Position numbers and translations under genes: made by a program
The notes under the pieces: model-generated
The model's database searches: none
What the model was told of the DNA's origin: nothing
The model's input: only the letters and a program-made list of their open reading frames with translations
NCBI GenBank assembly: GCA_963675755.2
Contig: CAXXMD010000002.1
Span: 1,120,001 to 1,184,000, forward strand
Direction of reading: 5' to 3'
From: a bacterium
Lineage (GTDB): Bacteria > Zhuqueibacterota > Zhuqueibacteria > Residuimicrobiales > Krinioviventaceae
Length of the DNA stretch: 64,000 nucleotides
Shown: positions 29,035 to 37,755 of the stretch, one piece after another
How the letters are laid out: each line of letters opens with the position of its first letter
Numbering within the stretch: the stretch's first letter is position 1

Positions 29035-30624
29035 TTATGCCACAGCTTCCGGTTGTTTTACCAGTTTTTCGAATTCAGGGCGGAAATGTTTCAGTGTTCC
29101 CAAAATAGGTACAGGAGCAGCCTGACCTAATCCACAGAACGCACCCTTCATCATTACAACTGCAAGTTCTTCAATCATATCGATGTCTTTGATCTCGCCT
29201 TCACCACTGCTCAATTTTTCAAGTCGTTCCAATAAACGGCCTGTTCCTTCGCGGCAGAGTGTACATTTACCACAAGATTCATGATTAAAGAATTCTACAA
29301 AATTGGTTACCAGATCAACAATTTCCTGATCTTCATCAACAACCAGTAAAGCACCTGAACCCAAACCTGAGCCAATTTCGCGCAAGTTTTCAGCTGCCAA
29401 TGGCAGATCCAGATGTTCGGAGGTTAAAATACCACCAGTAGTTCCACCCATTTGGGCAAGTTTAAAACCTTTACCATTGGGAATGCCCTGACCGATGTCA
29501 TAAATAATTTCTCGCAGGGTAATACCCATGGGTACTTCAATAAGGCCGGGATTATTGATATTGCCAACCATGGTAAATACCTTGGTACCCGGGCTTTTTT
29601 CAGTGCCCAGTGATTTATACCACTCGGCGCCTTTTAAGATAATCTGAGGAATATTCGCAAGTGTTTCCACGTTATTTACGATGGTCGGTTTTCCCCACAG
29701 ACCTTCGGAAGGTGGAAACGGCGGTTTATCGCGTGGTTCTCCGCGTTTTCCTTCAATGGATTCTATTAATGCGGTCTCCTCACCACAGATATAAGCGCCG
29801 GCCCCTTCACGAATTTCAAGATCAAATGAAAAATCTGTACCAAACAGATTATCACCCAGCAATCCGTTTTCTTTGGCCTGATCAATAGCGCGCTGCATCC
29901 GATCGATGGACATGCGGTATTCACCACGAATATAAACATAACCTTTGGTTGCACCAACTGCAAAACCAGCAAGTGCCATTCCCTCAATAACTGCATGTGG
30001 ATCACCTTCAAGGATCAGACGGTCTTTGAATGTACCCGGTTCACCTTCGTCAGCATTACATACAATGTATTTTTGCTCAGCGGTTTCTTTGGCAGCAAAA
30101 TCCCATTTCAAACCGGTTGGAAAAAATGCACCACCACGTCCCTGCAGGCCGGATTCTTTAACGGTACTGCGAACAGCATCGGGGTTCATTTCGGTCAATG
30201 CTTTACCAAATGCTTCATATCCGTCATGAGCAATGTATTCATCAATGTTATCAGGATCAATAACACCGGCATTTTTCAATACTACGCGTACTTGTTTTCC
30301 AAAACGTGGTGCAGGTACACCTGTCGTTTCGGTTTCGGGAATATCTGTATATTGTAAACGATCAACTTTACGACCTTTGATCAGGTGTTCAGAGATGATT
30401 TCAGAAACATCTTCAACCTTGACACCGGCATAATATACCGCGTCAGGGAAAACCACCATAACAACACCTTTATTATAAATACCCAGACTACCGGTTTCAA
30501 CAACACGGACTTCATCGGCAAGCGCTGCCATTTTCAGTTCGCGCTCCAATGCGTCTTTGACAGAACGGGCGCCCTGGGCAATTGTATGTCCATCCATTGC
30601 AATAAGTATGTGAATCCTATGCAT
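29035..30624 (-). CDS. NuoF-like flavin/NAD(P)H-binding hydrogenase subunit, short form without C-terminal ferredoxin
   Basis: GRGGAFFPTG, NADEGEPGTFKDR, GAGAYICGEE, ESCGKCTLCREG..CGLGQ. Cys-free N-terminal thioredoxin-like domain. Confidence 0.92.
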   Translation of the reverse strand: MHRIHILIAMDGHTIAQGARSVKDALERELKMAALADEVRVVETGSLGIYNKGVVMVVFPDAVYYAGVKVEDVSEIISEHLIKGRKVDRLQYTDIPETETTGVPAPRFGKQVRVVLKNAGVIDPDNIDEYIAHDGYEAFGKALTEMNPDAVRSTVKESGLQGRGGAFFPTGLKWDFAAKETAEQKYIVCNADEGEPGTFKDRLILEGDPHAVIEGMALAGFAVGATKGYVYIRGEYRMSIDRMQRAIDQAKENGLLGDNLFGTDFSFDLEIREGAGAYICGEETALIESIEGKRGEPRDKPPFPPSEGLWGKPTIVNNVETLANIPQIILKGAEWYKSLGTEKSPGTKVFTMVGNINNPGLIEVPMGITLREIIYDIGQGIPNGKGFKLAQMGGTTGGILTSEHLDLPLAAENLREIGSGLGSGALLVVDEDQEIVDLVTNFVEFFNHESCGKCTLCREGTGRLLERLEKLSSGEGEIKDIDMIEELAVVMMKGAFCGLGQAAPVPILGTLKHFRPEFEKLVKQPEAVA

Positions 30625-31099
30625 TTGCCTGTCCTTTCATTTTATAGTCTTTTAATATTGCCACTGCTTTTTCCGGAGTAAGATTACCATAAACTTCATC
30701 ATTGATCATCATAACCGGTGCAACCGCACAAAGTCCCAAACAGCTTGTAAATTCCAGAGTAAAAAGCTTGTCGGTAGTGGTTTCATTCATTTCAAGACCC
30801 AGATATTCTTTAATTTTTTCTAGAACATCTTTGGAACCTTTAACATGGCAGGGAGCATTGTTGCAGCAACGTACAATATATTTACCTTTATCTTCTGTAT
30901 TAAACAGACTATAAAAAGTAGCTACACCATAAATATCTGAAAGTGGTAAATTGGTAGCTTTTGCAACTTGAGTAAGTACGGGTTCTGAGAGAGAACCATA
31001 CTCTTTTTGAACATCTTTTAAAATATAAATAAGTGGTGTTTTTGTGTCAGCATAATTATTGACAATAACATCCACCTTGGTTAAATCTTGCATTCTCAA
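30617..31099 (-). CDS. NuoE-like 2Fe-2S hydrogenase subunit (HydC/HndA-like)
   Basis: GVATFYSLF, CNNAPCH, CLGLCAVAP. Confidence 0.93.
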   Translation of the reverse strand: MRMQDLTKVDVIVNNYADTKTPLIYILKDVQKEYGSLSEPVLTQVAKATNLPLSDIYGVATFYSLFNTEDKGKYIVRCCNNAPCHVKGSKDVLEKIKEYLGLEMNETTTDKLFTLEFTSCLGLCAVAPVMMINDEVYGNLTPEKAVAILKDYKMKGQANA

Positions 31100-31136
31100 C
31101 CTCCATAGATTGAATTTCCAGCGTTGCGGGTATCGT

Positions 31137-31499
31137 CTAGTTTAAATTAAATACATATTCCGAAACTACAGTATCGTTCACAATATGTTCTGCAATAATT
31201 TTACGAGCTATTTCAGCATTTACTTTACCATATGTAACGGTAGGTTTATCTGCCTGAGCGATCTGCAGCATGGGTTCATTATCACAATAACCCAAACAAC
31301 CTGTTTGCGTAACAACAGCGTCTTTGATACCACGCTTTTCAATCTCATCTAAAATCGCTGACATTGTGTCACGTGAACCAGCGGCGATCCCGCATGTTCC
31401 CATGGAAACAATTATGCGATATTTTGCATCGCTTTCCCGTGCAGCCATCTGAGATTTTGCCTTCTCCTTGATAGCACGGAGATCTGCTAATGTTTTCAC
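31137..31499 (-). CDS. Thioredoxin-like 2Fe-2S ferredoxin subunit (HndB/HydD-like)
   Basis: MGTCGIAAG, TGCLGYCDNEP, IIAEHI. GTG start after an AGGAGG RBS. Confidence 0.9.
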   Translation of the reverse strand: MKTLADLRAIKEKAKSQMAARESDAKYRIIVSMGTCGIAAGSRDTMSAILDEIEKRGIKDAVVTQTGCLGYCDNEPMLQIAQADKPTVTYGKVNAEIARKIIAEHIVNDTVVSEYVFNLN

Positions 31500-31733
31500 T
31501 GCTTTACCTCCTGTTTGTTTTGTTTATGTTAAATACGAATTAATTCTCATTCTTTTCCCGTTGCGTGTGAATTAATCCAGTTTACTTTTCCGAACAGTGT
31601 AACATCTTGTTAAAGAATTGCTTCTATTTCTTTTCCCTAAAAATTGAATCAATTCCCTTTTATCTTACAGTGTTTATATTCATTTGTTCACTTTTTTTTA
31701 TAAAATCTCCCTTACTAATTATTATTTACTTTA

Positions 31734-32297
31734 TTAATCTAATAAAACTTTACTTTTCACTTGAATGCGTTTCAACTCTGATTTGATATGTTTTTTTGCC
31801 GGTACAACCATATCAAAAAAGTCACAATCTTGTTCAGCCATTCTTGCAAGCAGCCAATATGAATCAAAGCATAAAAGTCCCTGATCAGTACGGTGAAGAT
31901 AACAAAAGTGCACATCAACAGCACCCATTACCAAATTTACAACCGTACCGGCAATATCGCCCAAAGGTGCCAGGTTTAAACTGTTGAGCTTGAAATCAGC
32001 AGTAACAGTTGTACCTTTACCCAATTTCGATTTCAAAATCATTCGTCCGCCGGCTTCATTTGCTGCCTGATTCCAGAATGGTAATCCCATTCCTACTGAA
32101 CGTGTGGTTCTTGAGGTAACAAAGGGATCAATAACTCTTGCCTGAGTTACTTCATCCATACCTCTTCCATTGTCACGTATCGTTACCGACAATCGGTTTT
32201 GGTTATGAGATTCATCAATGAACAAAATCACGCGCGAAGCCTCTGCTTCTATGGAATTTGTAACAATATCCAAAATATTTAATGATAATTCACGCAT
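31734..32297 (-). CDS. Stand-alone HATPase (GHKL) ATP-binding protein of hydrogenase loci
   Basis: ELSLNILDIVTNS, DNGRGM, DPFVTSRTTR.VGMG, LAPLGD. Confidence 0.85.
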   Translation of the reverse strand: MRELSLNILDIVTNSIEAEASRVILFIDESHNQNRLSVTIRDNGRGMDEVTQARVIDPFVTSRTTRSVGMGLPFWNQAANEAGGRMILKSKLGKGTTVTADFKLNSLNLAPLGDIAGTVVNLVMGAVDVHFCYLHRTDQGLLCFDSYWLLARMAEQDCDFFDMVVPAKKHIKSELKRIQVKSKVLLD

Positions 32298-33059
32298 CTA
32301 GCTCATCTCCTCCGGAAGTTCAAGAGAGGTTTTACGTCCATCCTGTTTTTTGAGTGCTTTACGAATCTCTTTAAAATCCGGTTTTTCGATATAAAACCAG
32401 GTATATTTCGAACCCAACATGCTTATATCGTGGGCATCAGAAGCTGTAATGATACTTTTGGTAGTATTGAGTAAAAAACGATGATTTTTTGAAACATTCT
32501 CAAATGGTTGTGCAATTTCAAGCGCATCGAATGGTAAATTGTCGGGAATGAATCCCAATGAGCGTAACAAACTGTACGATTTTCTATCAATATGCGCAGG
32601 ATAAATGATACCATTCAAATCTACAACCGTACTGGCAACCTGATAAATATTCAGGCTCACCGGCAGAGCAAACATGCGTTTACTCTCATCAATAATATTT
32701 TCCTGAAAATCACAAACATATTGCGGACCAAACATGGATGCATCGTATTCACCAGGCATCAAATGTTCATATATATAGCTTTGGAAATGCCCAACAGCAT
32801 CGAGGTCCGGAAATAAACATATAGAGTGCGCATCTTCACGTGTATAGACTTCCATACCAGGAATGACAAAGAGCTTTTCATTTTCAGCGGCTTTAACAAC
32901 AGCCTGTGTATTTTCTGCAGAGTTGTGATCCGTAATTGCCAGGATATCCAGTTCATGTTCAAGGGCTGTTTTTACAATATCAACAGGCCCCATTGTCAAT
33001 TCAGCACAAGGCGAAAGGACCGTATGAACATGCAAATCCGCTTTGTACCATTGCAGCAT
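32298..33059 (-). CDS. PHP-domain phosphoesterase
   Basis: DLHVHTVLSPC, ITDHN, PGME..T.EDAH, AHIDR, SDAH. Confidence 0.9.
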   Translation of the reverse strand: MLQWYKADLHVHTVLSPCAELTMGPVDIVKTALEHELDILAITDHNSAENTQAVVKAAENEKLFVIPGMEVYTREDAHSICLFPDLDAVGHFQSYIYEHLMPGEYDASMFGPQYVCDFQENIIDESKRMFALPVSLNIYQVASTVVDLNGIIYPAHIDRKSYSLLRSLGFIPDNLPFDALEIAQPFENVSKNHRFLLNTTKSIITASDAHDISMLGSKYTWFYIEKPDFKEIRKALKKQDGRKTSLELPEEMS

Positions 33060-33063
33060 TCAC

Positions 33064-33405
33064 CTATCTCCCCCGTAATCCAAAATCGTATAATTGGCCT
33101 GCAACATCAAAGGCAGACAGGGTTGTGCTGAAAACAGGTATATTTTTTTCTTTGGCTTTTTCAAGGGCAGAATCGTCAGGAACCAATCCTTCAGGAAAGA
33201 TAACTCCGGCAAGAGACTTGAAAAATACAATTGCAATAACGTTTTCATGTGTTTGATTGGTGATCCACAATGACCCTTTTAATGCATTAGCCATTGCATC
33301 ACTAAGAATATCAGACAAGTAACCAAAATCTACTTCTTTGTTTAGATTCTGTTCACCACTGAGTACTTTTAAATCTAACTTTTTTACGATCTCTTGCAAT
33401 ACCAT
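33064..33405 (-). CDS. DRTGG-domain protein
   Basis: GYLSDILSD, WIT.QTH.NVIA, IPVFST. Confidence 0.85.
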   Translation of the reverse strand: MVLQEIVKKLDLKVLSGEQNLNKEVDFGYLSDILSDAMANALKGSLWITNQTHENVIAIVFFKSLAGVIFPEGLVPDDSALEKAKEKNIPVFSTTLSAFDVAGQLYDFGLRGR

Positions 33406-33447
33406 GGGATCTCCCTTCCTCCAAAAAATTCGAACCCATATTATGAA

Positions 33448-34947
33448 TTATTCCATTTTTGAAGCCGGCAGGAACACTGAAAAAGTTGTTCCTTTTTCAT
33501 ACTCGCTTTCAATTTCGATCTTGCCGGCATATGCATCTACAATTTTTTTAACAATTGTTAGACCCAATCCGGTACCGGTTATTTCTCGGGTGTGTTCATT
33601 CTTGGCCCTGAAAAAATCTTCAAACAAGCGTTCTTTATCTTCAGGACGCATCCCTATTCCGGTATCGGTAACATCAATTCGAATATAATGACCATTACGA
33701 CTGCCGTTTATGGTTATGGAACCGTTCTCACGATTGTATTGAATTGCATTGGATATTACTTGAGTAAATAAACGTTGAAGATCAATTCGGTCTGCGTCAA
33801 CAAACAATTGTTCTGTACCACTAATGCGGACTTCAAGGTTGTGCTCCTTGATATCATTTTTCATAAAGTTAAGCCGCTCAGATAAAAGCTCGGAAATATC
33901 CTGTCTGTTAATTTCGCGTCTTACCTTGCCAGCTTCCAGGCGGGTAACGTTTAGCAAATCGTTAATCAGGTTTACAAGCGATTTTGTACGATCTAATGAC
34001 CGTTTTAAATAATTCTCATACAAGTCAGGATCATCGCCCAATGTTTTATCTACAACCAGCTCAAGATAACCCTGTACCGCAGACAATGGTGATTTTAATT
34101 CATGGGCAGCCATATCTACAAATTGAGAACGCATGATATCAATTTTTTTCAGTTCAGAAATATCACGCAAGACAGACACAACACCCAACAATTCGCCTTT
34201 GTCTATAATAGGAGTTGTATTGGCCATTATCACCAGTTTTGCCGGTGGATGAATTATAATCTCTTGCTGTATTGCTTTAACCTGTTCTTTTTTGCTAAAG
34301 ATCTCTCGCAATTGTTTGTTCAACTCGTCTGGCAAAAACTGCCAAACTTTATCGCCTACTTCAATCTTGCTTTCAACGTTTAATAATTTTATAAACCCGG
34401 GATTAAAAAGTACAACCTGCCCTTCCTGGTTGATAACCATAATACCATCATCCAAAGAATTAATAATGGTGCGCATACGCGATTGCTCATGAGCAACCTG
34501 CAGCAATCTTCTTTCCTGCTCTTCACGTAATCTTCTGGCTTCTAAAATATACCAGCGACGTTCAAGAGCACGGTTTACCAGGATTTGCAGTTCATCTGGT
34601 TCAAAAGGCTTGGGTATATACTGGTAAGCTCCCAGTCGTGTGGTTTCAACAGCAGTTTCAATTGAGGCATATGCTGTTACAATCACACAAATAGCTTCGG
34701 GGTATACCAGTTTGATCTCACGTAATACCTGCGTACCCTCCACATCCGGCATACGTAAATCAATAAAGTACAGATCATACTCGTTGGCAATACCCTTTTC
34801 AATGCCTTCTGTACCGTTCGAGGCCGTATCTACATTGTGACCATACATCTCGAGGATGCGTCTAATGCCTTCACGCATCCCCAATTCATCATCAACGACC
34901 AGTATTTTACCTTGTTCAATCCTCAAGTTCTTTAAAAATCTTTTCAC
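33448..34947 (-). CDS. Receiver-PAS-histidine kinase (cytoplasmic hybrid), copy 1; exact start uncertain
   Basis: ILVVDDE...DLRMP...KPF; PAS region; AHELKSPL, NAIQY, DTGIG, GTGLGL. Confidence 0.9.
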   Translation of the reverse strand: MKRFLKNLRIEQGKILVVDDELGMREGIRRILEMYGHNVDTASNGTEGIEKGIANEYDLYFIDLRMPDVEGTQVLREIKLVYPEAICVIVTAYASIETAVETTRLGAYQYIPKPFEPDELQILVNRALERRWYILEARRLREEQERRLLQVAHEQSRMRTIINSLDDGIMVINQEGQVVLFNPGFIKLLNVESKIEVGDKVWQFLPDELNKQLREIFSKKEQVKAIQQEIIIHPPAKLVIMANTTPIIDKGELLGVVSVLRDISELKKIDIMRSQFVDMAAHELKSPLSAVQGYLELVVDKTLGDDPDLYENYLKRSLDRTKSLVNLINDLLNVTRLEAGKVRREINRQDISELLSERLNFMKNDIKEHNLEVRISGTEQLFVDADRIDLQRLFTQVISNAIQYNRENGSITINGSRNGHYIRIDVTDTGIGMRPEDKERLFEDFFRAKNEHTREITGTGLGLTIVKKIVDAYAGKIEIESEYEKGTTFSVFLPASKME

Positions 34948-35320
34948 TTAAATATTGTACCAGATCTCTGGGAGAAATGGGTTTTTCCAAATAATCATCT
35001 GCCTTGATCCAGTTTTTCTCTTCATCTGTATCGGTAGAAAAACGGATTCCGGTATCGTGACCGGCTGAAGTCATGATGATTACACGAACGTTTTCAGTAT
35101 TGGGCAGTTTTTTGATTCTGTGGCAAAGTACAAAACCGGAATCAAAATGCTCCATTGCAAGGTCAACAACAACTACAGGTGGATTAAATTCTTTGAATTT
35201 TTCCAAACCTTCTACACTGTCATAAGCAGTTTCTACAGTATAGCCTTCTTTTTCCAAAACGGGTTTATAAATATTGATCAAATCTGTATCGTCATCAACC
35301 ATTAAAATCTTTTTATCCAT
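34916..35320 (-). CDS. Stand-alone response regulator
   Basis: MVDDD, DLAM, MTS, EKP. Confidence 0.9.
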   Translation of the reverse strand: MDKKILMVDDDTDLINIYKPVLEKEGYTVETAYDSVEGLEKFKEFNPPVVVVDLAMEHFDSGFVLCHRIKKLPNTENVRVIIMTSAGHDTGIRFSTDTDEEKNWIKADDYLEKPISPRDLVQYLSEKIFKELED

Positions 35321-35334
35321 GCGTACATTTTCCT

Positions 35335-35727
35335 TTAATTCTTGATTTTCAACATTTCAATTACTTTATCATACAACTGTGTATGTGTAACGGGTTTTTC
35401 CATAAAATCATCAACCGGGTTCCAATTATCATCGGGGCCAATGGTGAGATTAAAATTGTGCTCCTGATTCACACTGGTCATCATCAGGATCAAAGTATCT
35501 TTAATATCATCATCTTTACGAATTTCACGGGCAACTTCAAAGCCCTCACCAACTTCGGTCATCATGACGTCGAGTATAACCAAATCCGGTCTTTCGGATT
35601 TGACAAGTTTCAGTCCATCTGAACCGTTATAGGCCTTGCATACACGGAAACCCTTTGATGTAAAAAAGGCACGGTTCATTTCGACCAGATCAACATCATC
35701 ATCAATTATTAATAATTTATAACTCAT
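35335..35727 (-). CDS. Stand-alone response regulator
   Basis: IIDDD, LDVMM, MTS, EKP. Confidence 0.9.
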   Translation of the reverse strand: MSYKLLIIDDDVDLVEMNRAFFTSKGFRVCKAYNGSDGLKLVKSERPDLVILDVMMTEVGEGFEVAREIRKDDDIKDTLILMMTSVNQEHNFNLTIGPDDNWNPVDDFMEKPVTHTQLYDKVIEMLKIKN

Positions 35728-35741
35728 TTTTCCTCTAGAGT

Positions 35742-37754
35742 TTATTGACCTGTTACAGCTTGAACAGTTTCAAGTGCCATTGGTAAATCAATTAAAAAAT
35801 TGGTGCCGTAACCGGGTGTACTCTGCACTTTGATGTTACCCTTGTGCATTTTTAAAATTCCATAAGCTATAGGAAGTCCTAAACCGGTTCCTTTGCCAAT
35901 TTGCTTGGTCGTAAAAAAGGGTGTAAACAGTTTTGCAACATTTTCCTGAGCTATTCCAACACCCGTATCTTTAAATTCAAGGCAAACACGACTTGCTTCA
36001 TAATCTGTAGTTGCCGATATTGTCAACACACCACCATCGGGCATAGCTTCTGCGGCGTTTATTGCAAGATTTAAAAAGACCTGGTAAATCTGATCTCCAT
36101 CAATATCAACCAGTGGCAGATTCGGATCTAAATTTACTTTAATCTCAATATTTTCAAATAAATGTTGTTTATCTATTACAGAGATCATCTTGCCAATCAA
36201 TTCGGAAAGGTTGTGTTTTTTCAGCTTTAGCTTCCCTTGTCTGGAAAAGTTTAACAATCCGGAAACAATCTTTTGACACCGTTTAGTCTCTTCCATTATA
36301 AATCGCATGTCTTTGGCCTGAGGATCAGTCTCTTCCATTTTTTGCAGAACAAGATGTGCGTAAAGTAAAATGGATCCCAAAGGATTGTTTACTTCATGAG
36401 CTACACCTGCTGCAAGTTGACCAATAGATGCCAACTTTTCATGCTGGATGAGTTGTTCCTGCGTTTCCGCGAGTTGCTCTAATGAATTTTTCAATTCCTG
36501 CTGCATGCGTTGCTGTTTTTCAATGATGAACGGCAGACACATGGCATCTTCTGCTATCCCTTGATAAACAGCAATGGCGTATTCTCTGCAACTGTCATAA
36601 CCACAGGCTCTGCAATTGAGCTCGTCAGACGGATCAAATTTTTCAATCTTTTCCAGAATGGAGCGGATCTCTTTGTCTGAAGGTATCGGCATTTTGCATG
36701 GGCGTGCTTTAAATGTTCTAAACACATCCACATCTCGACATTGCTCAAGGGTACTTTTCCATGACATATAATTGGTAGATTGCCGGTGTGAAGCTGTATA
36801 CTGAACAATTTTTTGTTTACGCGTAAAATAATTAACCGATTTGTTCATAAAGGGTCCATTTATACACCCTTCACAAAACAACACATCAACCAGACTGGCT
36901 TTGATTTCTTGATTTTTAAGACAATCAAACAGTTTGAGAATTTGTTGCTTACCTTCGGTCAAAATGACTTCCTTGTTCATAATATCTAGCGGTAAACCGG
37001 CGCTGCGTAAAAAACCACCGGAAATGGGATACAAGCTGCCCAAATACGGATGCGGTGGATCAAAATCCTTCCAGGTACAATTCTCAGGATCAACACCAAG
37101 TTTTTCCCAAAGTTCTTCAAGTTCATGAAAGGTTAAAACTTCATCTACAGCATCTTTGACTTCTGCATCTCGTATTTCCGTTTTTTTCGCAGTACAGGGG
37201 CCAATAAAAACAGTTTTTACATTGGCGCCATATATTTTTTTTACAACCCTGCCCATGGCAATCATGGGTGATACTACCGGGGCAAGGTCGTTTATTAATT
37301 CTGGTACATACATTTGAATATATGAAAAAATTGCAGGACAAGAGCTTGTAATAAAGGGCCGTTCTTTCTGGTTGTTTTTTTCATTAACCAGGTTTAAATA
37401 AGCGCGATTTATAAGATCGGCTCCAAAGGCAACTTCAACAACATGAGAAAAACCACAAGCGCGTAACGCACCAACCAGTTTGCCGGTTTCCATTTTGGGA
37501 TATGCCGCAGGAAACGATGGCGCCAGCATGGCTACTGTATCCTCATTCTTTAATAATTCCAAAGCATTGTCAATACCTTCCAAAACCGCTTTTGCCTTTT
37601 GTGTACAAACAGTAACACAATGACCGCAGCTTAGACAGCGTTCTACAATGACTTTGGCCTGCCCGTTTTCAACCTTGATAGCTTTTGCCGGGCATTCCCG
37701 AATACAGGAATAACAGCGCTTGCATTTTTCTTCTATTGTCCAAACAACTGGCAT
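35742..37754 (-). CDS. Putative sensory [FeFe]-hydrogenase-like domain fused to a histidine kinase (group C type)
   Basis: 2x4Fe-4S (CKRCYSCIRECP, CLSCGHCVTVC), H-cluster-like TSSCPA / GPCTAKKTE / LFCEGCING, FeS domain LNCRACGYDSC...C, then GVAHEVNNPL, NAAEA, DTGVG, GTGLGL. Confidence 0.9.
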   Translation of the reverse strand: MPVVWTIEEKCKRCYSCIRECPAKAIKVENGQAKVIVERCLSCGHCVTVCTQKAKAVLEGIDNALELLKNEDTVAMLAPSFPAAYPKMETGKLVGALRACGFSHVVEVAFGADLINRAYLNLVNEKNNQKERPFITSSCPAIFSYIQMYVPELINDLAPVVSPMIAMGRVVKKIYGANVKTVFIGPCTAKKTEIRDAEVKDAVDEVLTFHELEELWEKLGVDPENCTWKDFDPPHPYLGSLYPISGGFLRSAGLPLDIMNKEVILTEGKQQILKLFDCLKNQEIKASLVDVLFCEGCINGPFMNKSVNYFTRKQKIVQYTASHRQSTNYMSWKSTLEQCRDVDVFRTFKARPCKMPIPSDKEIRSILEKIEKFDPSDELNCRACGYDSCREYAIAVYQGIAEDAMCLPFIIEKQQRMQQELKNSLEQLAETQEQLIQHEKLASIGQLAAGVAHEVNNPLGSILLYAHLVLQKMEETDPQAKDMRFIMEETKRCQKIVSGLLNFSRQGKLKLKKHNLSELIGKMISVIDKQHLFENIEIKVNLDPNLPLVDIDGDQIYQVFLNLAINAAEAMPDGGVLTISATTDYEASRVCLEFKDTGVGIAQENVAKLFTPFFTTKQIGKGTGLGLPIAYGILKMHKGNIKVQSTPGYGTNFLIDLPMALETVQAVTGQ

Positions 37755-37755
37755 A

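Noticed and set aside
29035-31099. nuoE/nuoF-like genes as respiratory complex I
   Set aside because: No membrane-arm or NuoBCDI genes are present; they are adjacent to [FeFe]-hydrogenase catalytic subunits.
31500-31733. Possible Rex operator upstream of the four-gene hydrogenase block (ttgttaaagaattg, ttgttcac...)
   Set aside because: Only half-site matches to TTGTGAA-N4-TTCACAA in very AT-rich DNA.
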